From NCBI RefSeq assembly GCF_009914755.1, contig NC_060929.1: a stretch of 64,000 nt of DNA, one strand, 5' to 3'. The notes under the pieces were generated by a model that saw nothing but the letters and a program-made list of their open reading frames with translations, did not search any database and was not told the DNA's origin. Shown here piece after piece: positions 15,990 to 33,800 of the stretch (positions within the stretch are counted from its first letter, which is position 1; every line of letters starts with the position of its first letter). This stretch comes from the human T2T-CHM13v2.0 reference genome, Homo sapiens. A program made the translations under genes and the position numbers.

Positions 15990-16200
15990 AGGCGGTGATT
16001 AAGAGGTCAGGCCTGGTTCTTAATTCTAGCTTCAGCAAGTCCTATCTGTGGGACTTGGGCAAGTTCTAAAAACCTCAGTTTCTTTATCTGTAAAGCGCAA
16101 ATAATAATAATGCCTACTTTATAAGTAGGATTAGGGGAAACAGTAATTTAGGAAACGTGCTCGGAATGATGCTAGTTTCGTGGTGAGTATCCAATAGATG
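15990..16200 (+). mobile_element. MIR
   Basis: gacttgggcaagt...cctcagtttctttatctgtaaa. Confidence 0.7.
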
Positions 16201-16717
16201 GAGCCGTAGTTGTCTTTCTCATCTTAGAAAGCAGCTGATTCTCCCATGTCATGACAGTGTTTGTGCAACTCCTCTGGAATTCTCTCCTTTCTTCCTTAGG
16301 AGAGCATTTTCTCAATGTTCCTCTTTATCTTTCTCCAAACACAAAGACAAATCTAAGAGGAAAAAAAAAATCTTCAAACTGGGTCGCAGATACTCAGCTT
16401 CTTGTCAATTCTCATTAGGGTTTAAAAGCTCAGTCTCCTGCATATGCCCAAAGATAAAGCAATCCCTTCCATTCCTAATTCAAAGAACCAAAAAAAAAAA
16501 AAAAACATGTGGTTGGACCTGGTTGAATATATAAACTTTTGGGGATGGCAATAAACTAGGCAAAGTCCTGGTTATTCAATTTATTAGCTCAGTTGTGCAA
16601 CGTAGAAATAAACAGAAAATTACTTATAATTTTACAATAATATTCATTTAGAAACATCACTTTTCTCCATATACGTGTTGCATGAAACAGCTTTACTCCA
16701 TTCTTTGCCACACATAA

Positions 16718-16850
16718 GGAGGCCGAGGAGGGAAGATGGCATGAGGCCAGGAATTCAAGGCTGCAGTGAGATATGATTGCACCACTACACTTCAGCCTGG
16801 GCGACAGGGTGACACCTCATCTCTAAAAAATAAAATAAAATAATAAAAAA
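16718..16850 (+). mobile_element. Alu monomer (FAM/FRAM/AluJ fragment)
   Basis: ggaggccgagg...aggctgcagtgag...cagcctgggcgacag followed by an A-rich tail. Confidence 0.85.
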
Positions 16851-18299
16851 ATTTTGGAAATTTTTAAAGCGTCTGCTCCACAGAGCCACATTTTGCATTG
16901 TGCAGTTTCGTTTTTCAGACCTTTCTCCTCTCTTCCATCTGACTGCCCTGAGATCCAGCACTTTTTGCTTCCACATCTGAGGCTGTCGCTGGAAACAAGG
17001 TCTCCATCCCATTTGCATGACATGAGCACAGTCGGGATTTGTATTCATTCTGTGGGTGTGTGTATATTCGTGCTCTCCACAAAAGAACCACTCAGCATTG
17101 CTTTTTCAAGCCGAGCTTTAAAAGGCTTATTTGCCATGACATCCAGCACTTGTAATTTGAGGTCATACCCCGAGGAAGAATTGCTAAATCTGTGTAAAAT
17201 GTTTCTGACTCCTTTTCTTACAGATTCTGTCAGATTATCTCTTTAAGAATTCTAAGCCCATGTTGTTTGAGGTGGTTTTAGGCTAATGTACATTCCCCAA
17301 ACATTTCTTTGCTGTTCAAAATAAAGCAATTGAGAGGGTTCTTCGTAAAAACGAAGCACTTTGCAAGAGCTCAAGACAAAAGACAACTCCCTTTTTTCTA
17401 GGGGGTAATTTTGAGGATAGAAGAAAAACAGTGTTCTATGTAAGCCTGTACAATCACGAGAGCCATTTGCTGAGGGCCATGTGTGCGAGTGGTTCGTGTG
17501 CTCTCCACCTCCTCTTCTTCCTCCCAGGGGATGAAATGAGGCCCAACAAGTGCAAGACATGGACCATGTCAGCTCGTGACAGAACAGGGCTGGAACCCAA
17601 GTCTGCTAGGCTCAGCCCACTCCCTCCCTGTGCCGAGTTGACATATTCTACTTACATTAAGCCAAGTGCTGGGCTCTGATTATACAAAATCAGATAAGCC
17701 AGGACCCTGTGTTCAAGGAGCTCCCAGGCCTGCTGGGGTGAGAGTGGAGCAGCAAGGATGGAAGTGCACAGATGCAAGGGTGGCCAGGCCTATGGGGATA
17801 CAGGCAAGGGAGGCTGAGTGTTGGGGAAGTAGGAAGGAGAGGCTGTGTAAGCAAAGTTCTGAAGGACAAAGCCATGTCTGCAGCAAAGATCTAAGTCTGG
17901 AAGAGCAGAGGGTATTTGGGAAGCTGTGGAAAGCACAGGGCAGGGTAGTAAGAGCTCATCAGTGACCCATCAGGCGGCCCCTGTGGATCATGCTCAGGAG
18001 TCTGGAGACCTACATGAGAGTCTCTGGTTGGACACGGAGAAGGGTTCGGACACTTCATTTCATGCTGTTTTTCCAGCTGCAACTCCCAGACCCAGCCTGT
18101 CACTCCCTTATGGCTCGATGTAACGCCGTGTCTTGTCCATCTCCCCAGCTTCTTCCAAATCAGGCACAAACTTTCTGAAGAGTTCCAGCAAGCAGAGGCG
18201 AAGGCTGGACTCACATTGGTTTGTCTGTAGAAGTGATTCCCCGCCCCTCACCCCAACACCAGCTTCAAGTCTTATACACCTGCACGCACTGAGAGAGAG

Positions 18300-18510
18300 C
18301 TAACCAAAAGGACACGTGAGTAAGCAGACAGACAGACACAAACCCACAGACACAATCACACACACAGAGACATGCACGTAACAAGCAGATGACCATAAGA
18401 TGCCCAGAGGAACACTCAACAGACCCAGACACAAAAACACACCCACATTTATACAGAAGCACACAGGTGGGCTCTCACTCCCTCTCTGTCACGCACACAC
18501 ACTCACAATC
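18300..18510. repeat. CA-rich degenerate simple repeat
   Basis: Many acac/agac units. Confidence 0.7.
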
Positions 18511-19022
18511 ACTTCCAAAATATACAATGGAAACTGGACCAAAGAATCCTCCCAGCTTCTCCACCTATCCCTTTCCATGACGCTCTTCCACCTCACCCTA
18601 GCCTTTCTTCTTCCCACAGAAAATTTCCCTTGCCATTCTCAAAACTGACTCTTCACACCTTTCTGGGAATGAAGGTATGGGTACCCTATACACCTCTGGG
18701 AGACAAGGGGTCATTCTGAACTGGGACACGCCAGGTGGAGCTGAAGTGGGACGGAAAGGGCGGTTTTCCCACAGAAATACAGCCTGACCCCCAGATCTGG
18801 AGAATCTGGACTTTGCCCTCCTGGAGTGGGGTGAGCAGCATTAGACGCTCTCCAAGGGCTCCCAAGCTTGAGTCATTTCTGGGGCCACACCTTCACACTG
18901 ATCCCAGGGGACATGGCTGAAAGAGAGCCTGGCCACAAGCAAGTTGGTCGACCTGATAATTGGTCAAAATGATGATTGGTTGGAAATGAATATCCTTGTT
19001 TCCTATTTGTCAACTACCACTA

Positions 19023-19779
<757 letters not shown>

Positions 19780-19854
19780 AAAGTTGTTTATTTCTAACCA
19801 ATTTTCAGGAGAGTATTCCTACTTAACTATTTGTAGCCGAGATTAAGGACATAC

Positions 19855-20480
19855 TTCATTCACTTATTTTATTCATTCATTCAACAAATGCTTACCGAAA
19901 GTCTGGTGATAGGTGTCCTTCTAAGTCCCGGATGGACAAACAGGTGTGAACAAAGCGGACAAAGTCTATCTCCTTGGGAAGCTCACATTTTGGTGAGAGA
20001 AAGAGAGCATCAAATAGATATATAAATATTTAATATCATGTAGTAAATGCCAGGAAGAGAGGCAAAGAGATAGAGGGAAAAGGGGTATGACCTCAGAGAG
20101 GGCAGTCAAGGAAGGCCTAGATTAGGGGAGGGGAAATTGAGCAGATGCTTTCATGCACTGCTGGGATGTTCCTCACAGGGGACGAGACATGCAAAGACCC
20201 TGAGGTAGAGCAGCCTTGGTGTGTTGGAGAGCAGTTAGATCAGAGCAGGTGGTCCACAGGGAACAAGGGAGAACCAAGGCAGGACGTGAGCCTGAGGAAG
20301 CAGCCAGGGCCTGAGCACAGGGGCTTGCAGACCACAGTCTCAAAAATGTTAGAAAGCCTTTGGAGGATTGCAAACCAACACGATCCCATTCAAATTCCAA
20401 AAGGAGCAGTTCTGGCTGTTGTGTGAAGAATAGCCTGGAATGGGAAGTGGGCTGGGAGTGGAAGGACAGTGATCGCTTAG
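19855..20480 (-). mobile_element. L2 3' region
   Basis: attcattcattcaacaaatgctta terminus, ...gtcaaggaaggcct..., gcaaagaccctgagg. Confidence 0.75.
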
Positions 20481-20494
20481 AAATATATCACAGG

Positions 20495-21042
<548 letters not shown>

Positions 21043-21061
21043 TTAGAACACATCCAGTGTT

Positions 21062-21368
<307 letters not shown>

Positions 21369-21655
21369 GGACACGTCCAATGTCCACAAGAGAAGAATCA
21401 TTGGTCACTGCTTACTGAGGACCTATTATGTGCCTGGGACTATGCAAGAAATTGTAAAGAAAACATCTCACTTAACTTTTGTAATCACCATTCAAGGTAG
21501 ATATAATTATTCCCATTTCACAGACTGGGGAACAACTTTAATTTTTTTTATCCCTGTTTGAAAACATTTTAAAATATCAAAAAGGCAGAAAAAGTAGAAT
21601 TGGATTGAAACAAATGAGATATTTTAATGTTAAAAAAATTAATCGAAAGACTAAA

Positions 21656-21779
21656 TTTTTTTAGAGACAAGGTCTCACTATGTTGCCCAGGCTGGTCTTG
21701 AACTCCTGGGCTCAAGCGATTCTTCCACCTCAGCTTCCCAAAGTTCTGGGATTACGGGCGTGAGCCACCACGCCCGGCC
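21656..21779 (-). mobile_element. FLAM_C / Alu left monomer
   Basis: gagacaaggtctcactatgttgcccaggctggtcttgaactcctgggctcaagcg...cccggcc. Confidence 0.85.
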
Positions 21780-21932
21780 TGAAAAAATTTTTGAGCTTTG
21801 TCTTTTACTCTATTTCCTAAAGCAAATGTAATGCACTCTCATCTCAGAAATAGTAAAATAGAAAGAAAGCAAAATAAGCAAAAGGAGCCCCCATAGTCCC
21901 ACCCCGTTATCCACCCACTCGCAGTCCTTTGA

Positions 21933-22684
<752 letters not shown>

Positions 22685-22835
22685 TCACTTAAATCACCTT
22701 AGTAGGAGAGATTGTCTCAAGCATTTTCTCTTTTCTTGGCCATTTAAGTTGTTTTCTTATTAATGAACAGTTATTGTGTCCTAAGTTTTCCCATTACAAT
22801 GAAGAGCAAGAAAAAAATTATTGAAAATAAATTCA

Positions 22836-23133
22836 GGCCAGGCGCAGTGGCTCACACCTGTAATCCCAGCACTTTGGGAGGCCAAGGTGAGCATATCACG
22901 AGGTCAGGAGATCAAGACCATCCTGGCTAACAGGGTGAAACCTTGTCTGTACTAAAAATACAAAAAATTAGCCGGGCGTGTTGGCAGGCACCTGTAGTCC
23001 CAGCTACTTGGGAGGCTGAGGCAGGAGAATGGCGTGATCCTGGAAGGCAGAGCTTTCAGTGAGCTGATATTGTGCCACTGCACTCCAGCCTGGGCGACAG
23101 AGCGAGACTCTGTCTAAAAAAAAAAAAAGAAAA
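22836..23133 (+). mobile_element. AluY
   Basis: accatcctggctaac and gagaatggcgtga diagnostics. Confidence 0.9.
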
Positions 23134-23923
23134 GAAATACAATTGAAAGACAATAGAAAATCTTTGGGAAAAATACAGAAATGCTTTGCATAGAGGAAGA
23201 CAAATTTGCAGTGTTTCAAATGCTTACTACTGGGGATATTGCTTTTCAATGGTATTTTTGTTTTGGCTAAGTTGTTCTTAGCTTTCTTCCAAATTGCATG
23301 TTTGTTCGAATTCACTTTGGTCAAGTAGTTTTTTTGGCTAACTCATATAAGCATTAATTAAAAATGACCAGTATTTAGTTAGCTTTGAATATATGTGCAC
23401 TAGCCCTAGTACAAACCTTAGTCTAATGAATCCTCCCCGTAATAGCTGAGCAAGGTCCTGGTGGCCTTTCCCATCTGATGGAAATGGACTCAGAGAGTCA
23501 TGGGGAAGAGATCTTAACCCAAAGTCACCTGGCTGGGAAGTGGCAGAGGCTTGAGTTTGAGCCCAGACCATCCTGGATGCCTGCATCTGGGTCCTTGCCA
23601 TTGTCCCTGACCTCTCCCTCTCCTGCGAACCTTAATTGCTAGTAAGGGAAAGCTAATAACAGGCTTATAATAAAATCTTTACTGATTCTAAAAACCTTTT
23701 ATTCTTCGGCTACAAGAGATATCCAGAAATGTAACTTCGGTTTCTGAATTTAGCAACTAATTTGTCTATATTAAAAAGGTCTTTATAGGAGAAGCCGGCA
23801 GGACTGGGCGCGCGGGTGGGGATCAGAAGCCAGTTGTCGTGAGAGGTTTTCTCGCTCTAGGGAGAGTCTTCAAGCAATCACTATATCAACAGACACAGAT
23901 GTTTCCCTTTCTTCATATAATGA

Positions 23924-24160
<237 letters not shown>

Positions 24161-24800
24161 TAAAGAAGAGATGCTGTCTTGGTCTTGTTGGAGGAGCTTG
24201 CTTTAGTTAGACGTCTCATTACTCAAGTTATGTATTGTTGAAAATAAACTAATTTGTGTGGGTTTAGATGGTAACACAGCATTTTGAATATTGGCTTCCT
24301 TTCTTGAAAGCTTGATTTGCCTGGTGACCAAATGACTACTGATTAGTTTACTAACTAGGTCCTTCAAGGAAGTCAAGTTAACTTAAAAGAAGTATGTCAC
24401 CTAAATGCACTTGATGCTGTTGAAATGTCCACCTTCTTAAATTGTCAAGATGAACTTCGTTCTAAAGAAGATAACAAGCCAACCCTGTAGTACTCCCAGT
24501 TTGCTGCAGAATCTCACATATTTTGGATGTTACGTAAGAGTCCTATTTGCCCCAGTTAATTTAACTTTTTTCTGCCTGTTTTGTGGACTGGCTGGCTCTT
24601 TTAGAACTCTGTCCACAAAGTGCATGGAATATAATTTGTAAACCTTCCCACAACTGACAATATATACGTGTATGTTTAAACCAGATCTAGAAAGCTTACA
24701 ATAGAGCTGCATAATAGCAGTATTCATTAAAGAATCACAGTTGTAAACATGAGAATAACTTATGCATTCTAGTTTTTCTGCTGATGTTATATTAGAATAA

Positions 24801-25104
<304 letters not shown>

Positions 25105-25120
25105 TATACCCAAACTTTTA

Positions 25121-25553
<433 letters not shown>

Positions 25554-26729
25554 TTATAGTAATGCTGTGGTGCTATATAGAGTACGTTTTCATTTACGTG
25601 CATTTAATCTTGGTTTATAATATGAACTGTCATGGGAAATGATAAAAAATTAAATATTAATAAAAGGAGCAAGGAACAAAAAAAGAACTCTCAAGGACTG
25701 CTTTGCACCAGAACCATTCATTGCCCCCCAGGAAAATTAGCTCAGATGTAAATTGGAAATCTGGGAAGACCAGCAGCCTGGCGGAATGCACCCCTAGATA
25801 GGGAGTACACCACAGAGGCCAGGCAGGGCCATGGAGTGCAACCTGTGCTGGGCCCGGAGTCAGGACACCTGAGCTCCAGCCCCGACGCAAGTCATTTCAC
25901 ATGGGTTTTATCGAGTTTCTTGCTCACTTGTTTCTTGGTTTATTGCACAAGCACGTGCTGGGTGCAGCCCCTGGATCCAGTTCTACGTTGGGCAGGAGGA
26001 ATGCTGAGATGCCAGGGGCACCCCACATGGCCCTGCCCACAAGGAGCCTGAGGTCTAGAACAGGGACAAGCTGCAAACAACAACTGCAGTATGACATGCT
26101 TGCTGGACGCTGAGATTTATCCCTGAGGATACTGGAGTTTCATGAGAATTGTATAATTTATCATTTCTTTTGATGATAACAAAAACAATCTTTTAAATGT
26201 CATAAAGGAAAAAAGTCTTACTTTAGGAACTGTGAGGTCATCCATGAGAGGGTGACGGTCTCTGCAAGGTTAGGGGCAAGGGAGCCGGGCATCATGGAGA
26301 ATTTCTCCACAGCAGTGACCAGCGCTTTTGAGCTGGGTCAGGCTGTGTGAATTGGAACTCAGTGACTGGAGTGATAGGGAGAGAGGAAAGGCAGGCCGAG
26401 CAGAGGGCACAGCGGGTGCAATGGCAGAGGGCAGCAGGCTGCGTACCATATAGCCATGGTGAGCGCAGTTCAAGGATCCCCGTCCAAAACAGGTGGAGGG
26501 GAGTGGGTATGGTCACCGTGCAGAACGCGGGTCACTGGGGGCCTTGTGTGCTGGGCTGAGGCCTTACTCCAGCCTACAGTGGGTAGGGCCGAGCTTTGCT
26601 CCGGCCCCTCTGTGCACCTCAATTTCATCATCTGAAAAATAGAGAAGGTCAAGGGCCAGGTAGGTCCTAGGGAGCGTTAGTGTGTCTGGCTCCTGCATTG
26701 CTTCTGGGAAGGCGAATCTACTCCTCTCT

Positions 26730-26949
26730 CTGACTTTCCCCAGTGCAGGTGGTCCAAAGCTGAGGGCAGTGGCTACTTAAAAGCCAGTTAGGACAACCAG
26801 AGGGTTGCTGGTTACACCACCTGGCACACAGCTGGCACTGACTTTCCCCAGTGCAGGTGGTCCAAAGCTGAGGGCAGTGGTTACTTAAAAGCCAGTTAGG
26901 ACAACCAGAGGGTTGCTGGTTACACCACCTGGCACACAGCTGGCACTGA
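26730..26949. repeat. 108-bp tandem duplication (2 copies)
   Basis: 26730-26837 and 26838-26945 differ at one base (26773 C, 26881 T); CTGA microhomology at the junctions. Confidence 0.97.
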
Positions 26950-27885
26950 TTAAATGTCCACTCCCTCCTCCTTTGAGGGCTTTTCAGTTGGGTTACCACG
27001 TCTGAGCTAGATATATTAGGAAGCAATTGCTCCAGAATATCTTCTAAAGATGGCCCGACCTTGGCCCATGATGGGTGGTGCCACATTAGGGCCACACAGT
27101 CAAGGCCAGGACAAGAAGCCACTCCTGGGCTCACATAGGAAGAGGAGGATCAGCTAGGCGGCCCTGCCACCCTCCCGTCTGTGTAGCTCAGCTGGGCTTT
27201 CTCAGTTTTGTTTGTCCTCTGCAGGATGCAGAGGAATCCTGACTGACTGGCTACACGTGGTTTTTTTTTTTGCTGGAACAGACTGTTCTGAGGTTTCACA
27301 ACACCTCTACCTCAACCAGCCACTCTGGCCCTAAATCCTGCACCTTGCAAAGGTATCTGGCTACAGGCCCCCGCTCTGAGTCCTGAACGTGCCTGAAGAA
27401 TGCTTGTTAGGGCATTCTGAATTAACTCAATCATCTTGTCAATGTGGGCCAGAATGCCCGGGGAACAGATGAAGCTACCAGCCTGACATCCCACTCTCCA
27501 GGAAAGCTGGATTTGGGCTGCACGTATGCCATAGCGCAAGTCTCTAAGAGTCAATGCCTAGGGGTCTCCATTTTGTTGCCAAACATTTAAAACTGCACCT
27601 TGGGTGACATAGACCTGTTTCTCCTACATTAATTTTCTTCTCGAGATGGCTGAAGACTCAGAAAATTCTTGCTTTGCACATGGAAGCCATTTCCCTACAT
27701 CTCCACTGATGCATCCACTCATTTCGCCAATGCAGATTTATTGAGCACTTACTACATGCCAAGAAGTGAGAGTAGTCTGCAGCTGGAAGAAGAAATGGTG
27801 CCTGTGCTGGCATAGCAACCCCTAAAGCCCCTGAAACCTGTCACCTCTACAATTCAGGTGTTGTGGGGCAATTATACGTGGTAAG

Positions 27886-28315
27886 GGCCGGGCAAGGTGG
27901 CTCACGCCTGTAATCCCAACACTTTGGGATGCCAAGGTGGGTGGATTGCCTAAGGTCAGGAATTCAAGATCCCGTCTCTACTAAAAATATGGCGAAACCC
28001 CGTCTCTACTAAAAATACAAAAAATCAGTCCAGCATGGTGGCGTATGCCTGCAATCCCAGCTATTCAGGAGGCTGAGGCAGGAGAATCGCTTGAACCTGG
28101 GAGGCGGAGGTTGCAGTGGGCCGAGAACTAAATGTATGAGAAGTGTTTAGAATGGTGCTGCACAGAGCACTGGCTGAACACACAATATCTAGTTACACAA
28201 ATCAAACAGCCTGCAATTAAATTCCACCAGAAGGCCGGGTGCACCACTGCCCTGCAGCCTGGGTGACAGAGTGAGACTCTGTCTCAAAAAAAAAAAACAC
28301 AAAAAAAACCACAAA
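27886..28315 (+). mobile_element. Rearranged AluS with a 106-bp foreign insert, inside a MIR
   Basis: Alu body 27886-28126, non-Alu 28127-28232, Alu 3' end and tail 28233-28315; ggtaag on both flanks. Confidence 0.85.
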
Positions 28316-28319
28316 GGTA

Positions 28320-28570
28320 AGACCTGAGGATCTGTACCCAAAGAGATCTGGGTTTGAATCCTGCTCCCAACATTCCCTGCTCTGTGAAAATATCCATTTC
28401 CCCTCTGAGCTTCAGTTCTTCTTCTCTTAACAGGAAAAATGATCCTGTAATCCCAGTTACTCGGGAGGCTGAGGCAAGAGAATCGCTTGAGCCCAGGAGG
28501 CGGAGTGAGCAGAACAACCCTCAGAGGGCTGTTGCGAGGTCCATTGAGACCAGATCTGTAAAGACGTCAG
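28320..28570 (+). mobile_element. MIR containing a tailless Alu fragment (28444-28510)
   Basis: ctgggtttgaatcc...ctctgagcttcagtt, then cctgtaatcccagttactcgggaggctgagg..., then MIR ctcagagggctgttgcgagg. Confidence 0.75.
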
Positions 28571-28789
28571 TGTAAGGAATTCCCATAGGAAGGGCCCTGC
28601 TCCCACGGCTGCTGCCACGCTGTGGTTGATGTTTCATTTTGTCCACTGCATGATCTTGACCACTTCACACTTCCATTTCCTGAACTCTAAAATGGTGATA
28701 ATAAGATCTACGTAACAAGCTTTACATAGAATATTTAAGAAGAGAATGTTTGTAACATTAAACGATAAACATATGGCACAGCATACATC

Positions 28790-29089
28790 TTTATTTTATT
28801 TTATTTTATTTTTTTGAGACAGTCTCACTCTCTCACCCAGGCTGGAGTGCAGTGGCACAATCCCCACTCATTCTGCCTCCTGGGTTCAAGTGATTCTCAT
28901 GCCTCAGCCTCCCGAGTAGCTGGGACTACAGGAGCGCACCAACACATCCGGCTAATTTTTGTATTTTTAGTAAAGACGGGGGTTTCGCCGTGTTGACCAG
29001 GCTGGTCTCGAACTCCTGACCTCAAGTGATCCGCTCATCTCGGCCTCCCAAAGTGTTGAGATTACAGGCATGAGCCACCACGCCCAGCC
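28790..29089 (-). mobile_element. Alu (AluSx/Sz-like)
   Basis: Full Alu; TSD agcatacatctt. Confidence 0.92.
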
Positions 29090-29630
29090 AGCATACATCT
29101 TATTATAAGAAAACAAAATGAGCCCATGCTCCCTTTGACTATGATAAGGTAGAACACTTTTGCTACTCTGTTTTCTATAAATATTCCAAAGCAAAACACC
29201 TGTGGCTACTGTAATGCCAAGTACCACGCTCTGTGCACTCACATCTTTTGTTATTTAATGGGCTTTGGGAAGTGGTCATGATCCCTGCTCTGCAGATGAT
29301 AAAACAGTGGCTCAGAGAGGTTCCAGAGCTTTCCCAAGGTTACACGCTAACAAGCTGGGATTGGACCCAAATCCGTTTAACTCAAAAGGCCTTGCACTTG
29401 CCACTGTATGTTCCTGACAGCCCACAGGTGGTGTGCATGTGAGTCTTCGAGACGCCATTCACTCAGGGAATGTAGCAGCCACCATATATAGAGCAGCCCT
29501 GCCAGCTCTGATTGTCATTACCACTCATGGTTCAAGCAGTGAGGCACTTGCCCCTCCGAGTTACATCCCCATCAGGGGTCCCTCCCAAAATCTTTACAAT
29601 TAGGCAGTTGCCCTTCACTTTCCTTCTGGG

Positions 29631-29771
29631 GTAGTGTGTTCAAATTTAGCAAATAAAAGTGCAGGATGCCTAGTTAAGTTTGAATTTCAAATTTAAAAAA
29701 ATACATTTTCAGTATTAGGATGGATTATCTAGGGGTAAACAGCATTTGATTTTTTTAAATCTGATAACCCT
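29631..29771. mobile_element. MER53-like MITE (partial)
   Basis: atttagcaaataaaagtgcaggatgcctagttaagtttgaatttca...tctgataaccct. Confidence 0.65.
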
Positions 29772-30225
29772 CCTTTCAGCTGACCACCAAGTTTGGCTGG
29801 GGGCAGAGCATCGGTCAAGCTTGGATAGGAAGAGGGGCAGAATGAACCAGGGAGACTCTGCAAATCTTTATTCAAGGCTGTCAGAAGTTTAACCTTCACT
29901 GTTAACCCCCTCCTTATCCCAGCTCTGAGGGTCAATTCAGGATTCACACCTGCCTCCCAGAGAAAATGCAAGTGGAACAGTTTGAGAGAAGTTAACCTTT
30001 TCTCTTCTCCCTTCCTTGTGAGAGGAGTAATAAATCCAGGAACTGCTAGGCACTTTCCAACACTTCTTTCCCAAGAGCACAGACCAGACAAGAATTGGAG
30101 TCTAGAAATTAAAGATGGAGCTTCATCAAGGAGACGATCAGAAAGGCCAGTTCAAAGGGAACAGCATGTGCAGAACCTCAGAACTTTGCAAGGAGGTGTC
30201 GTGTGCAGAAAAATGGAGAGATTCA

Positions 30226-30519
30226 CCGGGCACAGTGGCTCACGCCTGTAATCCCAACACTTTAGGAGGCCGAGGTGGGTGGATCACCTGAGATCGGGAG
30301 TTTGAGACCAGCCTGACCAACATGGAGAAACCCCGTCTCTACTAAAAATACAAAATTAGCCGGGCGTGGTGGCTCATGTCTGTAATCTCAGCTATTCCGG
30401 AGGCTGAGGCAGGAGAATTGCTTTAACCTGGGAGGCGGAGGTTGCGGTGAGCCGAGATCACGCCATTGCACGCCAGCCTGGGCAACAAGAGTGAAACTCC
30501 GTCTCAAAAAAGAAAAAAA
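30226..30519 (+). mobile_element. Alu (AluSp-like) inside an L2 remnant
   Basis: catggagaaacccc and gttgcggtgag diagnostics; TSD aaaatggagagattca. Confidence 0.92.
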
Positions 30520-30769
30520 GAAAAATGGAGAGATTCATGTGTAACTGAGGCCTCAGATGTTCCAGGGAGTGACTGGGAAGAGAGAGGCAACCAGGCCCCA
30601 AAACGTAAGAGGCTGTGGATGTTGGTTACTGATTTTGGATACTATCCCAAAGACAATGAGAAGTCATTGAAAGATTTTGACCAGGGGAGTTACATGACTG
30701 ATGATTTAATTTTGCTTTTATTTGATTACTGGGGAGGTTGGACTGTTTTTCCATGTTTGCTGTTTGTAT

Positions 30770-31790
<1,021 letters not shown>

Positions 31791-31832
31791 AAAGAATTGC
31801 CATGATACGTCACTCAAATACATTATTTCTAA

Positions 31833-32137
<305 letters not shown>

Positions 32138-32395
32138 TCAGATACATTATTTCTAATACTCACAAAACTCCATGAAGTTGGTATAATTATCTCCATCTTA
32201 CAAATGAGTAAACTGAGGCTCTGAGAACTCACCAGCCTGCCTAAAGCCACACATTTGAATATGTCTGAGATGCAAGCCCACTACTTTGTTCTTGCAGTTC
32301 AAATGCTTCACTCAGCAGAAAGCTCAGTAAATTAAAAAAAATAAAGACATTTTGGGATACTTACATTTAGCAAACAAGTATTAAGTACCTGTGAT

Positions 32396-32712
<317 letters not shown>

Positions 32713-32859
32713 TTAAGTACCTGTTATGTGCCAGATACTGGGGATAAAAACAAGTAAGACACAATTTCTGCCATGAAGGTACTTGCAGTATTGGAGAGAG
32801 AGCAGGAGAAAAGTATACAGATAATTATAGTACAGTGTAATAAGTTATGCCAAAACAAT

Positions 32860-33800
32860 AGTTTCTTGTATTGTATGCTTATCATGTGCCAGGCACCGTT
32901 CTAAACCCATTACCTACATCTTCTCATTTTATCATATGAGGTTTACTTTCTGTTGCATCCATTTCACATATGAGAACACCAAGGCGAAGATGTTAAATAA
33001 CTTGCCCAAGATAGTGAAGTTGCCAAGAGGCAGAGCTAGTATAATGGATCCTCCTTGTTCAACCTGGACAGATTTCCTTGGGGAGGTACAGACGGCCTGA
33101 GTCTGGAAGGATGCCCAGGAATGAAGCAGGCAGCAAAGAGGGAAAAATTGAGTTCACAGGCATGGAAACTATTGCCTGCAAAGCTATGGGCAAGAAGGCC
33201 CAGGGTGCACTGGGGAGAATGAGGGTTAAGTTATCATAACCATAACAAGTGATGTTTATTGAGCACCTACTAGATGCCACATACTCTCCTGAGTGCTTCA
33301 CATGTGGCAACTGATTTAATTTTCACAACAACCCTGTGCAGTATGTGTCAGTCCATTTTATAGACAGGAAAAATGAGGCACAGCAAGATTAAGTAGCTTG
33401 ACCCTGAGCACAGGGTCACACAGCTAGTAAGCAGCAGAGCTGGAAATGCAAGTGGAGAAGGAATGTAGTTCAGATCATGAAAAGTCTCAAAAAAAAAACC
33501 AATTTGAATTGGAACCTATAAACCTGGAGAGTCACTAAAGGGTTTTGAATAAGTGGCATGGTCAGATTTACAATGAACTGGGCAGAAAGATGATAGTCAC
33601 CCTCATTTCAGCCAATAGCCAGGCAGCACATTGTATTTCTATGATCTCACTGAAACACCATGACCAATCAACCCAGGCAGGTATTATTACTTCCATTTTT
33701 ATATTATCAAACTAGGGCTCTGAGGAAGCAAATGACTTTACCATCACTAGATGGTGGTGGAGATAGAACTCAGATTCTGGTGCATCTAACACCAAAGACC
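32860..33800 (-). mobile_element. Cluster of MIR and L2 fragments
   Basis: MIR cores at about 32960, 33355 and 33690 (ccattt...gagg...cacagctagtaag). Confidence 0.65.

Noticed and set aside
26730-26949. CRISPR-like or minisatellite array
   Set aside because: Only two contiguous copies, no spacers, and a eukaryotic context.
26718-27134. 138-aa Cys-rich ORF with an internal repeat
   Set aside because: The repeat comes from the in-frame 108-bp DNA duplication; no domain similarity or splice support.
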